Of a DNA stretch of 64,000 nt, positions 18,402 to 28,384 are shown in pieces (the first letter of the stretch is position 1; every line of letters begins with the position of its first letter). Location of the stretch: assembly GCA_016786885.1 (NCBI GenBank), contig JAEUVO010000052.1, positions 12,930-76,929 on the forward strand. Direction: 5' to 3'. A program made the translations under genes and the position numbers. The DNA is from Chitinophagaceae bacterium. Its GTDB lineage: Bacteria; Bacteroidota; Bacteroidia; Chitinophagales; Chitinophagaceae. A model generated the notes under the pieces. It made no database searches. It was given only the letters and a program-made list of their open reading frames with translations, and was not told the origin of the DNA.

Positions 18402-18428
18402 AAACTTGCTACCTTCATAATAGTCTGA
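18402..18428 (+). promoter_or_regulatory. sigmaE-type ECF promoter AAACTT-N16-TCTGA for DUF1800-DUF1501
   Basis: Exact match, ending 18 nt before the ATG; a second TAAACTTGC copy lies 17 nt upstream. Confidence 0.7.
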
Positions 18429-18446
18429 AACTTAAATTATAGAAAC

Positions 18447-19940
18447 ATGTCGTTGACTAACCAGTTGAAGAACCAGCACCTGATGTGGAGGGCCGGGTTC
18501 GGCCCCGCCGTTGAGCAATTAGACGACCTCTCAAAATATACTCCCAAACAATTCTTTAAAGCCCTTGTAAAAGCTTCTGAAAAAAAACCGGATTATATCG
18601 ATGTGGCAGATGATTACCTGAAAGGGTTGATGATGGGTATTGAAGAAGTGGGTCGTCAGCAAAAAAAGGAACTGGATGCGGATGAAAGAAAAAAAGTACA
18701 GCAAAAGAACCGGGAAGGTGTACGTAACCTTAATATGTACTGGATGCATGAGATGGTGGGTACCGCATCTCAACTGAGGGAAAAAATGGCTTTTTTCTGG
18801 CATGGACATTTTGCCTGCCGCAACCTGAATGTGTTTTATCAGCAGGGATTATTGGATGTTATACGAAGAAATGCACTGGGAAATTTTGGAACGATGTTAA
18901 GAGAGGTTTCAAAATCTGCAGCCATGCTGAATTTCTTAAATAACCAGCAAAACCGGAAAGACCATCCCAATGAAAATTTTGCACGGGAAGTGATGGAGTT
19001 GTTTACACTGGGAAGAGGAAACTATACTGAAAATGATGTGAAGGAAGCGGCGAGGGCATTTACCGGCTGGGGAGCCAATCTAAAAGGCGAGTATCAGTTC
19101 CGCCGGTTTCAACATGATTTTGGCAGTAAAACAGTATTAGGAAGAACGGGAAATTTTGACGGAGGTGAAGTGCTTGATATTTTATTGGAAGAAAAGCAAA
19201 CTGCAAAATATATTACACAGAAGATATACAAGTTCTTTGTAAATGAAAAAGCGGATACTGATAAAATAAACTGGCTGGCAGACAGGTTCTACAAAAATGA
19301 GTATGATATCAGCAAACTGATGGAGGATATTTTTACCAGTGATTGGTTTTACGATGAAAAAAATATCGGGGCACAAATAAAATCACCGGTGGAGCTTTTA
19401 GTAGGAATTCAGCGCATGCTGCCTATGAAACTGGAAAATGAAGAAGCATTAATGCTCCTGCAAAGAGTACTCGGTCAATTATTATTTTACCCGCCAAATG
19501 TTGCCGGATGGCCCGGTGGAAAGAACTGGATAGACAGCTCTTCTTTAATGATGCGGATGCGGATACCTAAACTGATCAATGATGTGGATGAAATGAATGT
19601 GAAAGCCAAAGATGATGATGATACCATGATGGGTATGAAGGATGGCAATATGCAGGCCAAAGGAAATAAAAAGCCCGGTGGCCAGCAGTCAGGAGCAGCT
19701 TATGCCGGAATGCGCCGTCAGCAGATCAATGCCAATGTGGACTGGCAACATTATGTAAAACATTATGAAAGTGTGCCAAGAGAAAACCTGGCAGAAACGA
19801 TTTCAAAAATTCTACTGCAAACAAAAAGCCGGGTAAGCATGGATATCATCAAGCAATACGCTGACCAAACAGGAAGGGAGAACTTCGTTAAAACAGCTAC
19901 CCTGCAGATAATGAGTACGCCGGAATACCAGTTATGTTAA
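18447..19940 (+). CDS. DUF1800 family protein
   Basis: HLMWRAGFG, FFWHGHFA, PNENFAREVMELFTLG, EAARAFTGW, PPNVAGWP, STPEYQL. Confidence 0.93.
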   Translation: MSLTNQLKNQHLMWRAGFGPAVEQLDDLSKYTPKQFFKALVKASEKKPDYIDVADDYLKGLMMGIEEVGRQQKKELDADERKKVQQKNREGVRNLNMYWMHEMVGTASQLREKMAFFWHGHFACRNLNVFYQQGLLDVIRRNALGNFGTMLREVSKSAAMLNFLNNQQNRKDHPNENFAREVMELFTLGRGNYTENDVKEAARAFTGWGANLKGEYQFRRFQHDFGSKTVLGRTGNFDGGEVLDILLEEKQTAKYITQKIYKFFVNEKADTDKINWLADRFYKNEYDISKLMEDIFTSDWFYDEKNIGAQIKSPVELLVGIQRMLPMKLENEEALMLLQRVLGQLLFYPPNVAGWPGGKNWIDSSSLMMRMRIPKLINDVDEMNVKAKDDDDTMMGMKDGNMQAKGNKKPGGQQSGAAYAGMRRQQINANVDWQHYVKHYESVPRENLAETISKILLQTKSRVSMDIIKQYADQTGRENFVKTATLQIMSTPEYQLC

Positions 19941-19965
19941 ACGCAAAATGCTTAATGCCTAACGC
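19938..19965. repeat. Four tandem heptamers (TAAACGC AAAATGC TTAATGC CTAACGC)
   Basis: Read directly; between DUF1800 and DUF1501. Confidence 0.6.
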
Positions 19966-20009
19966 TATTCAAACGTTTTGCATTATGGGTTCTGCACAAA
20001 GGTTTAAAT

Positions 20010-21209
20010 ATGCATATCAAACGTAAAGAATTCATTCAGATCGGTTCATTGGCCACAGCGTCGCTGATGGTGCCAAAATTCCTGAAGGCATTTGAAGGGA
20101 AAAGTATGGTGTTGCCGGGAAATAAAGTGATAGTGATCCTTCAATTGAGTGGAGGAAATGATGGACTGAACACTGTAATTCCTTTCAGGAACGATCTTTA
20201 TTACAAAGCAAGACCAAAACTGGGCATTGCAAAAGATAAAGCATTGTCAGTGACAGATGAAGCAGGGCTTCATCCGGCTTTGACAGGGTTTAAAGAATTA
20301 TATGATGATGGCAGCCTCGCTATTTTAAATAATGTAGGCTATCCTAACCCGGACAGATCACACTTCCGCAGTATGGATATTTGGCATACCGCCAGCCAGA
20401 GTCATGAGTACTGGACAAATGGATGGGTGGGCCGTTATCTGGATGCACAATGTAATGGTTGTGATAAACCAACACAAGCGATAGAACTGGATGATGTACT
20501 CAGTTTAGCATTAAAAGGAGAAGATATTAAGGGAATCGCAGTAAAGGATCCCCGGAGATTGTACGGAACCGCCAATGAAAAATTCTTCCGGGATGTGATG
20601 AAAAATCATAAGGATGAAGCAGGAGAGCAGCCGGTGGATTATTTATATAAAACAATGGCGGAAACATTGTCGAGTGCTGATTATATTTTTCAGCAAAGCC
20701 GGATGCACCCGACCAATGCGGAATATCCTAAGACAGAACTGGGAAACAGCCTGAAGACAATTGCTTCATTAATCTACTCAGAGATCAATACGAAAGTATA
20801 TTATGTATCATTGGGAAGCTTTGATACACATATCAACCAGGATGCACAGCAGCAACGCTTGTTTACTGAAATGAATGATGCGGTGAAAGCTTTTGTAAAA
20901 GACCTGAAACAGCAGCACCGCTTTGAAGATGTCATGTTGTTCACTTTCTCTGAGTTTGGCAGAAGGGTGAACCAGAATGCCAGCAATGGTACAGATCATG
21001 GTACAGCTAACAATATGTTCCTTGTCAGTGGCGGACTAAAGCAAAAAGGTGTGCTGAATCCATTACCTGACCTCAGTGACCTGAATGAAGGTGATCTGAA
21101 ATACAACGTCGATTTTAAGAATGTGTATGCCACGATGTTGAAAAAATGGCTGAATGCTGATGACAAAGCGATTTTGTTAAAGCAGTATGAGTACATGAGT
21201 TTTATTTGA
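20010..21209 (+). CDS. DUF1501 family protein (Tat-like leader)
   Basis: KRKEFIQ leader, LQLSGGNDGLN, RSHFRSMDIW, GSFDTH, SEFGRR, GTDHG. Confidence 0.93.
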   Translation: MHIKRKEFIQIGSLATASLMVPKFLKAFEGKSMVLPGNKVIVILQLSGGNDGLNTVIPFRNDLYYKARPKLGIAKDKALSVTDEAGLHPALTGFKELYDDGSLAILNNVGYPNPDRSHFRSMDIWHTASQSHEYWTNGWVGRYLDAQCNGCDKPTQAIELDDVLSLALKGEDIKGIAVKDPRRLYGTANEKFFRDVMKNHKDEAGEQPVDYLYKTMAETLSSADYIFQQSRMHPTNAEYPKTELGNSLKTIASLIYSEINTKVYYVSLGSFDTHINQDAQQQRLFTEMNDAVKAFVKDLKQQHRFEDVMLFTFSEFGRRVNQNASNGTDHGTANNMFLVSGGLKQKGVLNPLPDLSDLNEGDLKYNVDFKNVYATMLKKWLNADDKAILLKQYEYMSFI

Positions 21210-21235
21210 TAAATACCAATCCGTGCCCGGAAATT

Positions 21236-21265
21236 AGAAAGCCCACTCATTTGAGTGGGCTTTCT
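21236..21265. terminator. Bidirectional terminator between DUF1501 and OPT
   Basis: AGAAAGCCCACTCA-tt-TGAGTGGGCTTTCT perfect 14-bp inverted repeat. Confidence 0.85.
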
Positions 21266-21281
21266 GTTGATATGATTAACC

Positions 21282-23360
21282 TTATAATGTTTTCTTTTTA
21301 CCGGTGGCTATGCGATATAAAACAAATCCCATCAATGCAAAGAAAGCAACCCCCAGCCATTTATATCCTTCTCCTCCTAAAAAGGATGGTTTGGATAATT
21401 CATGTTCAGCATTCACTTTTCCAAGTTTTGCGTTGACACTATCAATAGAAGAAAGAATTGCCACTAAAACACCAGCCAAAGCTCCACCAGCAACTAACCC
21501 GGTGGCAAAGAGATTTCCTTTGCCAAGGTCTTCCTCCTCCGGAGATACTTGTATATTTTTCTTTTTCTGTCTCCACTCTACTATACCTCTTATGGCACCA
21601 CCGATAAATATAGGTAGTGTGGTGGATAAAGGCAGATAGATACCAATAGCAAAACTTAACGCTTTGATACCGCAAAGTTCCATTACGATCGCAATAAAAA
21701 CACCTACCAGTACAAATTGCCAGTCCAGGTTAAAAGACAAAATACCTTTTATCAATGTGGCCATTAGCGTTCCCTGCGGTGCCGGATATTTATCGGTTCC
21801 AATAGCATGGTTGATACCTTGTGATACCATTTCAGCAGTAGGTTGGTCAAGAATTTTTATAGTAGCGCCAATTGCCAGAGAAGAAACAATGGCACCAACA
21901 AACAAAGCTATCTGCTGGTATTTTGGTGTGGCTCCTACGAGATAACCTGTTTTTAAATCCTGTGATGTGGCACCTGCATTAGCGGCGGCAATACAGATCA
22001 TACCGCCAACAACCAATGCCATTGGTTCATATACATGCCCTGTCCATCGTACAGCAATAAAAATAAGACAGGTACCCATTAGCGTTGCAATGGTCATACC
22101 TGATATTGGATTATTAGACGACCCGATCAATCCCACGATCCTGGATGATACTGTAACGAAAAAAGCTCCGAATATAATTACCAGGAACCCTAATAACAAC
22201 TTACTGCCTATATTACTGCCGGGTATAAGTGTATTGGGCAATAATGCAATCACTAATAGCAGAATAAGGCTGCCTATGCCGACCACTTTCATGGAAAGAT
22301 CTCTTTCTGTACGGGGTACTACAGTGTCTGCTTCTATACCGCTTCCTTTTTTCAGCGAACCAATACTTCCTTTGAAAGAGGAAATAATTGTTGGAATTGT
22401 TTTTATTAACGTAATGAAACCTCCTGCTGCTACAGCGCCGGCACCGATCTGGCGGATATAGGCTCTGTAGATAGCTGTTGACCAGTCATCAAAACCTTGT
22501 GTAGCCGGATTCCATCCTCCCGGTCCGCCTGCAGCGTTTACATCTTTCAGGTAGCCAAGTTTTGCCAGTTGTGCAGCAATGATAGCGCCGTTATCATTAA
22601 GCAAACTTGCCAATAGGGGAGTGAAAACAAACCAGCTTAATACACCACCTGCTACCAGCACACCTGCAATCTTTGGTCCTATGATATAACCAACCCCCAT
22701 GTATTCGGGAGTTATCTCTCCACTGACTTTTGCAGAAGGGAAGAATCTTTCTGTTTGTTTGGTCATGAACGCCGGTGCTTCAGCTATTACATGAAATATC
22801 TTTTGTAATATGGCATAAGCAAATGCAAAACCTAACCCCATAAAAGCTGTTTTGGCAAAATCACCGCCCTTTTCCCCGGCTTTTAATACAGAGGCACAGG
22901 CGGTTCCTTCAGGATAAGGAAGTGTTTTGTGCTCCTGTACGATCAATGAACGACGGAGAGGTATCATCATCAATGTTCCAAGAACTCCACCGAAGATGGC
23001 CAGTATCAATATGGTGAAATAATTAAAGAAGTTAGCACTGCCTGCTTCACTTAAAAATAAAAAGCCAGGTAGCGTAAATACAACACCTGCTGCAATGCTT
23101 TCACCGGCAGAACCGGTAGTTTGTATAATGTTATTCTCAAGAATGGTGGTCTTTAAAAATTTCCGGCCTAATGTGATGGCCAGTACAGCAATCGGGATAG
23201 AAGCTGAAACAGTAAGTCCTGCTTTTAATGCGAGGTAGACTGTTGAAGCGCCAAATATGATTCCGAATGCGGCCCCGGTGAGAATGGACTTAAGGGTAAA
23301 CTCAGCCATTTTTGTTTCAGGAGAAACAAAGGGCTTGAAACTGGTTTGTTGATCAGCCAT
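21282..23360 (-). CDS. OPT family oligopeptide transporter
   Basis: YLALKAGLTVSASIP, ENNIIQT, LPYPEGTAC, SSNNPISGM, SQDLKTG, PAPQG. Confidence 0.95.
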   Translation of the reverse strand: MADQQTSFKPFVSPETKMAEFTLKSILTGAAFGIIFGASTVYLALKAGLTVSASIPIAVLAITLGRKFLKTTILENNIIQTTGSAGESIAAGVVFTLPGFLFLSEAGSANFFNYFTILILAIFGGVLGTLMMIPLRRSLIVQEHKTLPYPEGTACASVLKAGEKGGDFAKTAFMGLGFAFAYAILQKIFHVIAEAPAFMTKQTERFFPSAKVSGEITPEYMGVGYIIGPKIAGVLVAGGVLSWFVFTPLLASLLNDNGAIIAAQLAKLGYLKDVNAAGGPGGWNPATQGFDDWSTAIYRAYIRQIGAGAVAAGGFITLIKTIPTIISSFKGSIGSLKKGSGIEADTVVPRTERDLSMKVVGIGSLILLLVIALLPNTLIPGSNIGSKLLLGFLVIIFGAFFVTVSSRIVGLIGSSNNPISGMTIATLMGTCLIFIAVRWTGHVYEPMALVVGGMICIAAANAGATSQDLKTGYLVGATPKYQQIALFVGAIVSSLAIGATIKILDQPTAEMVSQGINHAIGTDKYPAPQGTLMATLIKGILSFNLDWQFVLVGVFIAIVMELCGIKALSFAIGIYLPLSTTLPIFIGGAIRGIVEWRQKKKNIQVSPEEEDLGKGNLFATGLVAGGALAGVLVAILSSIDSVNAKLGKVNAEHELSKPSFLGGEGYKWLGVAFFALMGFVLYRIATGKKKTL

Positions 23361-23391
23361 GCAGTTGGGTTTTTATTACAGGGAAGATATG

Positions 23392-23425
23392 AAAAAAGGT
23401 GACGAATACTTTCATCACCTTTTTT
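23392..23425. terminator. Hairpin terminator between POT1 and OPT
   Basis: AAAAAAGGTGA...TCACCTTTTTT. Confidence 0.7.
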
Positions 23426-23442
23426 TGTGAGCAGAGTCAATA

Positions 23443-25092
23443 TTAATTGACTCCTTTTTCTTTCATTACTTTATTAAGCCACTTAAGTAATAAGAATAAA
23501 AATAATGCTGCAGCGCCCAGCAGTATAAAGTTGAGCCAGAAGTAACTTGTTTTATCATCATATTCATCCCATTTACTGGCCAATATACCGCTGAGTTTAT
23601 TGCCGATGGATGTGGATAAGAACCATCCGCCCATCATTAAAGAAGTGATGCGAACCGGGCTTAGTTTGGAAACCAATGATAAGCCCATCGGGCTTAAGAA
23701 TAATTCACCGATGGTGATGACTCCATAACTTCCGATGAGCCACCAAACACTTACTTTTTCTGTTCCGTTATTACCTGCTTTTACAGCAGCTACCATTACG
23801 AGTACAGATAAAGCCGATATTAATAATCCAAAAGCAATCTTTGTGGGAGTGGAAGGTTCTTTACCCTTTCTTCGTAACCAGGTGAAGAATGCAACAACTA
23901 AGGGTGTTAATACGATTACCCAGAACGGGTTGATAGATTGGCTGAGGCTCGGTAACCAGGCTTTGACTGTTTCACCTTCTTTGGGTAATTTTTCAGGAGC
24001 TACATTCTTAAAATAAGAAGGATATCCTAATTCTTTTACTTCCTTTCCGTTTTCTCTTATTTTTCTGAACTGATTATCCAGTTTGGTAACTGAATCCAGT
24101 TTATAAGTAGTGTTGGCTGGTTTGTCTGTCTGTTTCAACGCATGTAATCCATTGCCAACAACCCCGCTTACTTCTCTGTCTGTGTATCGGCTGGCCCATG
24201 TGTTCAGTGCTGAACCATTTTGTTTGAAAATAGCCCAGAATAAAATCACCACGGCGAAAATAGAGAGCATGGCACCCATCGCCGGTCTTTCATCTTTGCT
24301 GCTCCTGATCAATAAGACAGTATAAAAAACCAATACCGGGATACAGGCAAAAATAAATGCATCGGTAGAATTAGAATCAAAAATATAACCATCGTTACCC
24401 TTAATGAACCAGCCGATCACTCCAAATAGGATAGATGGAAGTATGACGAGAGCCAGTATCTGCCAGAGCGGCATATCACCGGGTTTTAAGGGTTTTCTTA
24501 CATCATATTCCTTATAATGTTTGGTACCGGCGATAAAAGTGATAACGCCTATAAACATGCCTACGCCGGCAGCTGCGAAAGCAGCACCCCAACCTATCAT
24601 GGTGTATAAAGCAGCGCCAAAAAAATTACAGATAAAAGCACCGACATTAATACCCATGTAAAAGATGTTATAACCTTCATCTTTTTGATGAATATGCTGC
24701 GGAGTGGAATATACATTGCCCAGTAAGGTAGAGATATTGGGTTTAAAGAAACCATTGCCGATTATCACCAGCGCCATAGACACATACAGCATCATTTCAT
24801 TGTGTATACCCATGGTACAGTAGCCGGCACCCATCAAAAGACCGCCGAGTATAATAGAACGACGGTAACCCAGATAACGATCAGCGATCAGCCCTCCCAG
24901 GAATGGGGTAAAAAAAACCAATGCAATGAAAGTGCCATACAAACTGGCAGAATCTTTTTCATCCATATTAAAGCCATCCACTGAATCTTTTAGGTACAAG
25001 GTAAAAATGCCGATCATCAGGTAATAACCGAACCGTTCCCACATTTCGGAAAAGAAAAGAAAGGGCAGGGCTTTCGGGTGTTTCTTCCACAT
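23443..25092 (-). CDS. POT/PTR family proton-coupled di/tripeptide transporter
   Basis: FFSEMWERFGYY (ExxERFxYY), GNGFFKPNIS, FYMGINVG, FQ/QSINP, ELFLSPMGLS. Confidence 0.95.
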   Translation of the reverse strand: MWKKHPKALPFLFFSEMWERFGYYLMIGIFTLYLKDSVDGFNMDEKDSASLYGTFIALVFFTPFLGGLIADRYLGYRRSIILGGLLMGAGYCTMGIHNEMMLYVSMALVIIGNGFFKPNISTLLGNVYSTPQHIHQKDEGYNIFYMGINVGAFICNFFGAALYTMIGWGAAFAAAGVGMFIGVITFIAGTKHYKEYDVRKPLKPGDMPLWQILALVILPSILFGVIGWFIKGNDGYIFDSNSTDAFIFACIPVLVFYTVLLIRSSKDERPAMGAMLSIFAVVILFWAIFKQNGSALNTWASRYTDREVSGVVGNGLHALKQTDKPANTTYKLDSVTKLDNQFRKIRENGKEVKELGYPSYFKNVAPEKLPKEGETVKAWLPSLSQSINPFWVIVLTPLVVAFFTWLRRKGKEPSTPTKIAFGLLISALSVLVMVAAVKAGNNGTEKVSVWWLIGSYGVITIGELFLSPMGLSLVSKLSPVRITSLMMGGWFLSTSIGNKLSGILASKWDEYDDKTSYFWLNFILLGAAALFLFLLLKWLNKVMKEKGVN

Positions 25093-25190
25093 AGCAAATT
25101 CTTTTAGTAAGGAAAGATAATGAATGAAAGGTTAGGGCAAACAAAAAAGGCGGCCTCGGAGCCACCTTTGTATGAGCAAGTTTAGTATTG

Positions 25191-26891
25191 TTAATCGGCA
25201 CCCGTCTTATCTCTAACAATCTGGTTGAGTGATTTAATTCTTGAATAGATTAATATACCGCCAATAAAAGCAGCTGCAACCAATATCAGGAAGAACATTT
25301 TCTTATCGGTAAAATCATCCCAGAAACTTGTCATTACACCAGCCACTTTTCCCCCGATCGAAGTTGACAGGAACCAACCGCCCATCATAAGAGCGGTAAG
25401 TCGTGCCGGAGCTAATTTAGAAACCAATGATAATCCCATTGGGCTGAGGAATATTTCACTAATAGTGAATATGAAATAAGTCAGCCATAGCCATATCGCA
25501 GAAGCTTTATGTGTGTAAATAGAGGGAACCGACATGATAGCAAAAACCATTACTAATGCTGATAATCCGGAAATAAATAATGCCATTCCAAACTTTGACA
25601 TAGTGGTAGGTTCTTTCCCTTTGCTTCTTAAAAAACTAAAGAAAGGAACAAAGAATAGTGTTAACAAGACAATGAATAACGGATTGATCGATTGAAATAA
25701 TTCAGTGTTGGTCAGTTTAACATCCTTACCTCCGGGCCATTGTTCTTTTGGAACGTTGACAAAATAAGGGTCTGGTCCCATCTCCTGTATTACTTTTCCA
25801 CTGTCGTCTTTTACTTCCACCATGTACTGATCTAATTTATTTACAAGACGGGGTGTATCAGTTACTTTTTGTAATGGGAATATTGCCCCTGTAATCTTTG
25901 CAGTTGATGCAGAAGCTACCCTGTCGGTGTGTTTTTCTGCCCATAAAGTAAGACCCGTGGCGTTTTGATTATAGATTGTCCAGAAAGCAATTGCAATGGC
26001 AAAAATGAATAACAAGGCGCCAATACCTTTTTTATCCTGCCCTTTGGCTCTAACCCATAATGAAATATAAAAAGCGATAATTGGTAAGCATGCAAAAATA
26101 AATGCATCATTAGCTTGCGTACCCATAATTGGTGAACCCAAAATTTCTTTTGGAACAAACCAACCAATTACAGCGGCAATTATTGCGGGAAGGAAAACAG
26201 TCGAAAATATTTTTGACAGTGGCATATCTTCAGCCTGTACCGGTTTTTTTACATCGGCTTGTTTTATATCCTTGTTTTTTACAGAAAGAGCAAGAATGAT
26301 CAGGCCAATAATTAAACCTACACCTGCAGCAGCAAAAGCATACCCCCATCCATAAGCATTTCTTAACCAGGCGGCCACGAAATTGCATATAAAGGCCCCA
26401 ATATTAATACCCATGTAAAAAATGTTGTAAGCATTATCTTTCAGAGGTTTCAAATCATCACGGTTATAAATATTTCCGAGAAGTGTAGAAATATTTGGTT
26501 TAAAAAATCCATTACCAACAATGATTAATGCCAGAGATATAAACATGGCTGTATCTCCGGGTATTGAAAGTCCCAGGTATCCGGCTGCCATTAATGAACC
26601 TCCCAGGAAAATAGATTTGATATATCCCAGGTACCTGTCGGCAATTAAGCCGCCGATAAATGGGGTCAGGTAGACCAGTGCAATAAAACTACCTACTATA
26701 TCAGCTCCTATTCTGCCGGAGAACCCTTTTCCTCCGGTCGTGGAATCTGTCATGTATATAAGAAGAATGCCTACCATCAAATAGTAAGCAAAGCGTTCCC
26801 ACATTTCAGTAAAAAACAGAACAAAGAGTGCTTTTGGATGTCGACCCGGATGAGCGGGTTGTGCAGGCAATACGTCTTGTGCTTGGCTCAT
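25191..26891 (-). CDS. POT/PTR family proton-coupled di/tripeptide transporter (paralog)
   Basis: FFTEMWERFAYY, GNGFFKPNIS, FYMGINIG, FQSINP, EIFLSPMGLS. Confidence 0.95.
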   Translation of the reverse strand: MSQAQDVLPAQPAHPGRHPKALFVLFFTEMWERFAYYLMVGILLIYMTDSTTGGKGFSGRIGADIVGSFIALVYLTPFIGGLIADRYLGYIKSIFLGGSLMAAGYLGLSIPGDTAMFISLALIIVGNGFFKPNISTLLGNIYNRDDLKPLKDNAYNIFYMGINIGAFICNFVAAWLRNAYGWGYAFAAAGVGLIIGLIILALSVKNKDIKQADVKKPVQAEDMPLSKIFSTVFLPAIIAAVIGWFVPKEILGSPIMGTQANDAFIFACLPIIAFYISLWVRAKGQDKKGIGALLFIFAIAIAFWTIYNQNATGLTLWAEKHTDRVASASTAKITGAIFPLQKVTDTPRLVNKLDQYMVEVKDDSGKVIQEMGPDPYFVNVPKEQWPGGKDVKLTNTELFQSINPLFIVLLTLFFVPFFSFLRSKGKEPTTMSKFGMALFISGLSALVMVFAIMSVPSIYTHKASAIWLWLTYFIFTISEIFLSPMGLSLVSKLAPARLTALMMGGWFLSTSIGGKVAGVMTSFWDDFTDKKMFFLILVAAAFIGGILIYSRIKSLNQIVRDKTGAD

Positions 26892-27040
26892 AAAGCTTTT
26901 TTTAGTTTACAAAATCAGAGTCCGTAGTTATTTAGAAGTGACCAAAATACAGAAATTTACCCACCCGGAAATTTTTTCGGGCTATCTTTAGCGAACGTAC
27001 CCGATATTCGCAAATCGCTAAAATCCAACCATAATAACCC

Positions 27041-28321
27041 ATGCGAATTTTATTGTTAGGCTCTGGCGGAAGGGAAAATGCCCTTGCGTGGAAATTATCC
27101 CAAAGCCCCCGTTGTGAGAGCTTATTTATTGCTCCCGGCAATGCCGGTACCTCAAAATTTGGTACTAATCTCAATATTGGTATCACTGATTTTGATTCTA
27201 TCAGAAAAGCCTGTATTGATGAAAAGATAGATATGGTTGTTGTTGGCCCGGAGGAACCATTGGTAAAAGGAGTAACTGATTTTTTGATCAGCAGTGCGGC
27301 ATTAAAAAATCTTGATGTGATCGGCCCTGGCAAAGCAGGTGCACAACTGGAAGGCAGCAAGGCCTTTGCCAAAGCCTTTATGATGAGGCATAATATCCCT
27401 ACTGCAACATACCGTGAGTTTACACTGGATAATTATGTAGAAGGAGTTGAGTACCTGAAAACACATCCATTACCGATCGTCTTAAAAGCAGATGGACTGG
27501 CAGCTGGCAAAGGAGTTGTTATATGCGAAAATCATATTGAAGCTATCGCTGAATTTGAATTGATGATTCAAAGGGCCAAGTTTGGAGAGGCAGGTAAAAA
27601 GGTAGTGGTAGAACAGTTCTTAACCGGTATTGAAATATCAGTATTTGTATTAACAGACGGGAAAAACTATGTAATGCTGCCTGAGGCGAAGGACTATAAA
27701 AGAGTAGGAGAAGGTGATACGGGCCCTAATACAGGTGGTATGGGCGCCGTCAGCCCGGTACCATTTGTTGATGCTTCATTACTTAAGAAGATTGAAGATA
27801 AAGTGATACGACCGACGGTAGATGGATTAAGGAAAGAAGGATTGGAATACAGAGGCTTCATTTTCTTTGGTTTTATGATCGTTGGTGATGAACCCTATAT
27901 GATCGAGTACAACTGCCGTATGGGTGATCCGGAGACTGAAGTGGTTATACCAAGACTAAAAAATGATTTAGTTGACTTACTGGATGCTGTAGCAAAACAG
28001 GAATTGGATAAAGTAAAAATTGATACAGATACAAGAACTGCGTGTACTATAGTTGCTGTAAGCGGCGGGTATCCCGGAGAATATCAAAAAGGATATGAAA
28101 TAACGGGGATTGATGATGTTAACCCGGAAGACAGTATGCTTTTTCACATGGGTACAACAGAGAAGAATGGAAAAATAATTACTTCGGGGGGTAGAGTTTT
28201 CTGTATTACCTCGTATGGTCGTTCTGTTTTTGATGCAGTGGAAATATCAAAGGAAGAAATGCAAAAGATTTCTTTTAAGGATATGACATACAGAAGCGAT
28301 ATCGGTTTTGAATTCGAGTAA
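27041..28321 (+). CDS. purD: Phosphoribosylamine--glycine ligase
   Basis: LLGSGGRENA, APGNAG, LEGSK, KADGLAAGKGV, GPNTGGMGA, EYNCRMGDPE. Confidence 0.98.
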   Translation: MRILLLGSGGRENALAWKLSQSPRCESLFIAPGNAGTSKFGTNLNIGITDFDSIRKACIDEKIDMVVVGPEEPLVKGVTDFLISSAALKNLDVIGPGKAGAQLEGSKAFAKAFMMRHNIPTATYREFTLDNYVEGVEYLKTHPLPIVLKADGLAAGKGVVICENHIEAIAEFELMIQRAKFGEAGKKVVVEQFLTGIEISVFVLTDGKNYVMLPEAKDYKRVGEGDTGPNTGGMGAVSPVPFVDASLLKKIEDKVIRPTVDGLRKEGLEYRGFIFFGFMIVGDEPYMIEYNCRMGDPETEVVIPRLKNDLVDLLDAVAKQELDKVKIDTDTRTACTIVAVSGGYPGEYQKGYEITGIDDVNPEDSMLFHMGTTEKNGKIITSGGRVFCITSYGRSVFDAVEISKEEMQKISFKDMTYRSDIGFEFE

Positions 28322-28384
28322 GACAGCACCTTGATCCTGTTGATTATTTAACGATTTTTCAGTTTTTCTTTCGAACATTGTCAT

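Noticed and set aside
26985-27030. Alternative hairpins in the purD leader (GCGAA/TTCGC versus AGCGA/TCGCT) as a possible purine or ZTP riboswitch
   Set aside because: No purine or ZTP aptamer consensus, the leader is short, and there is no terminator.
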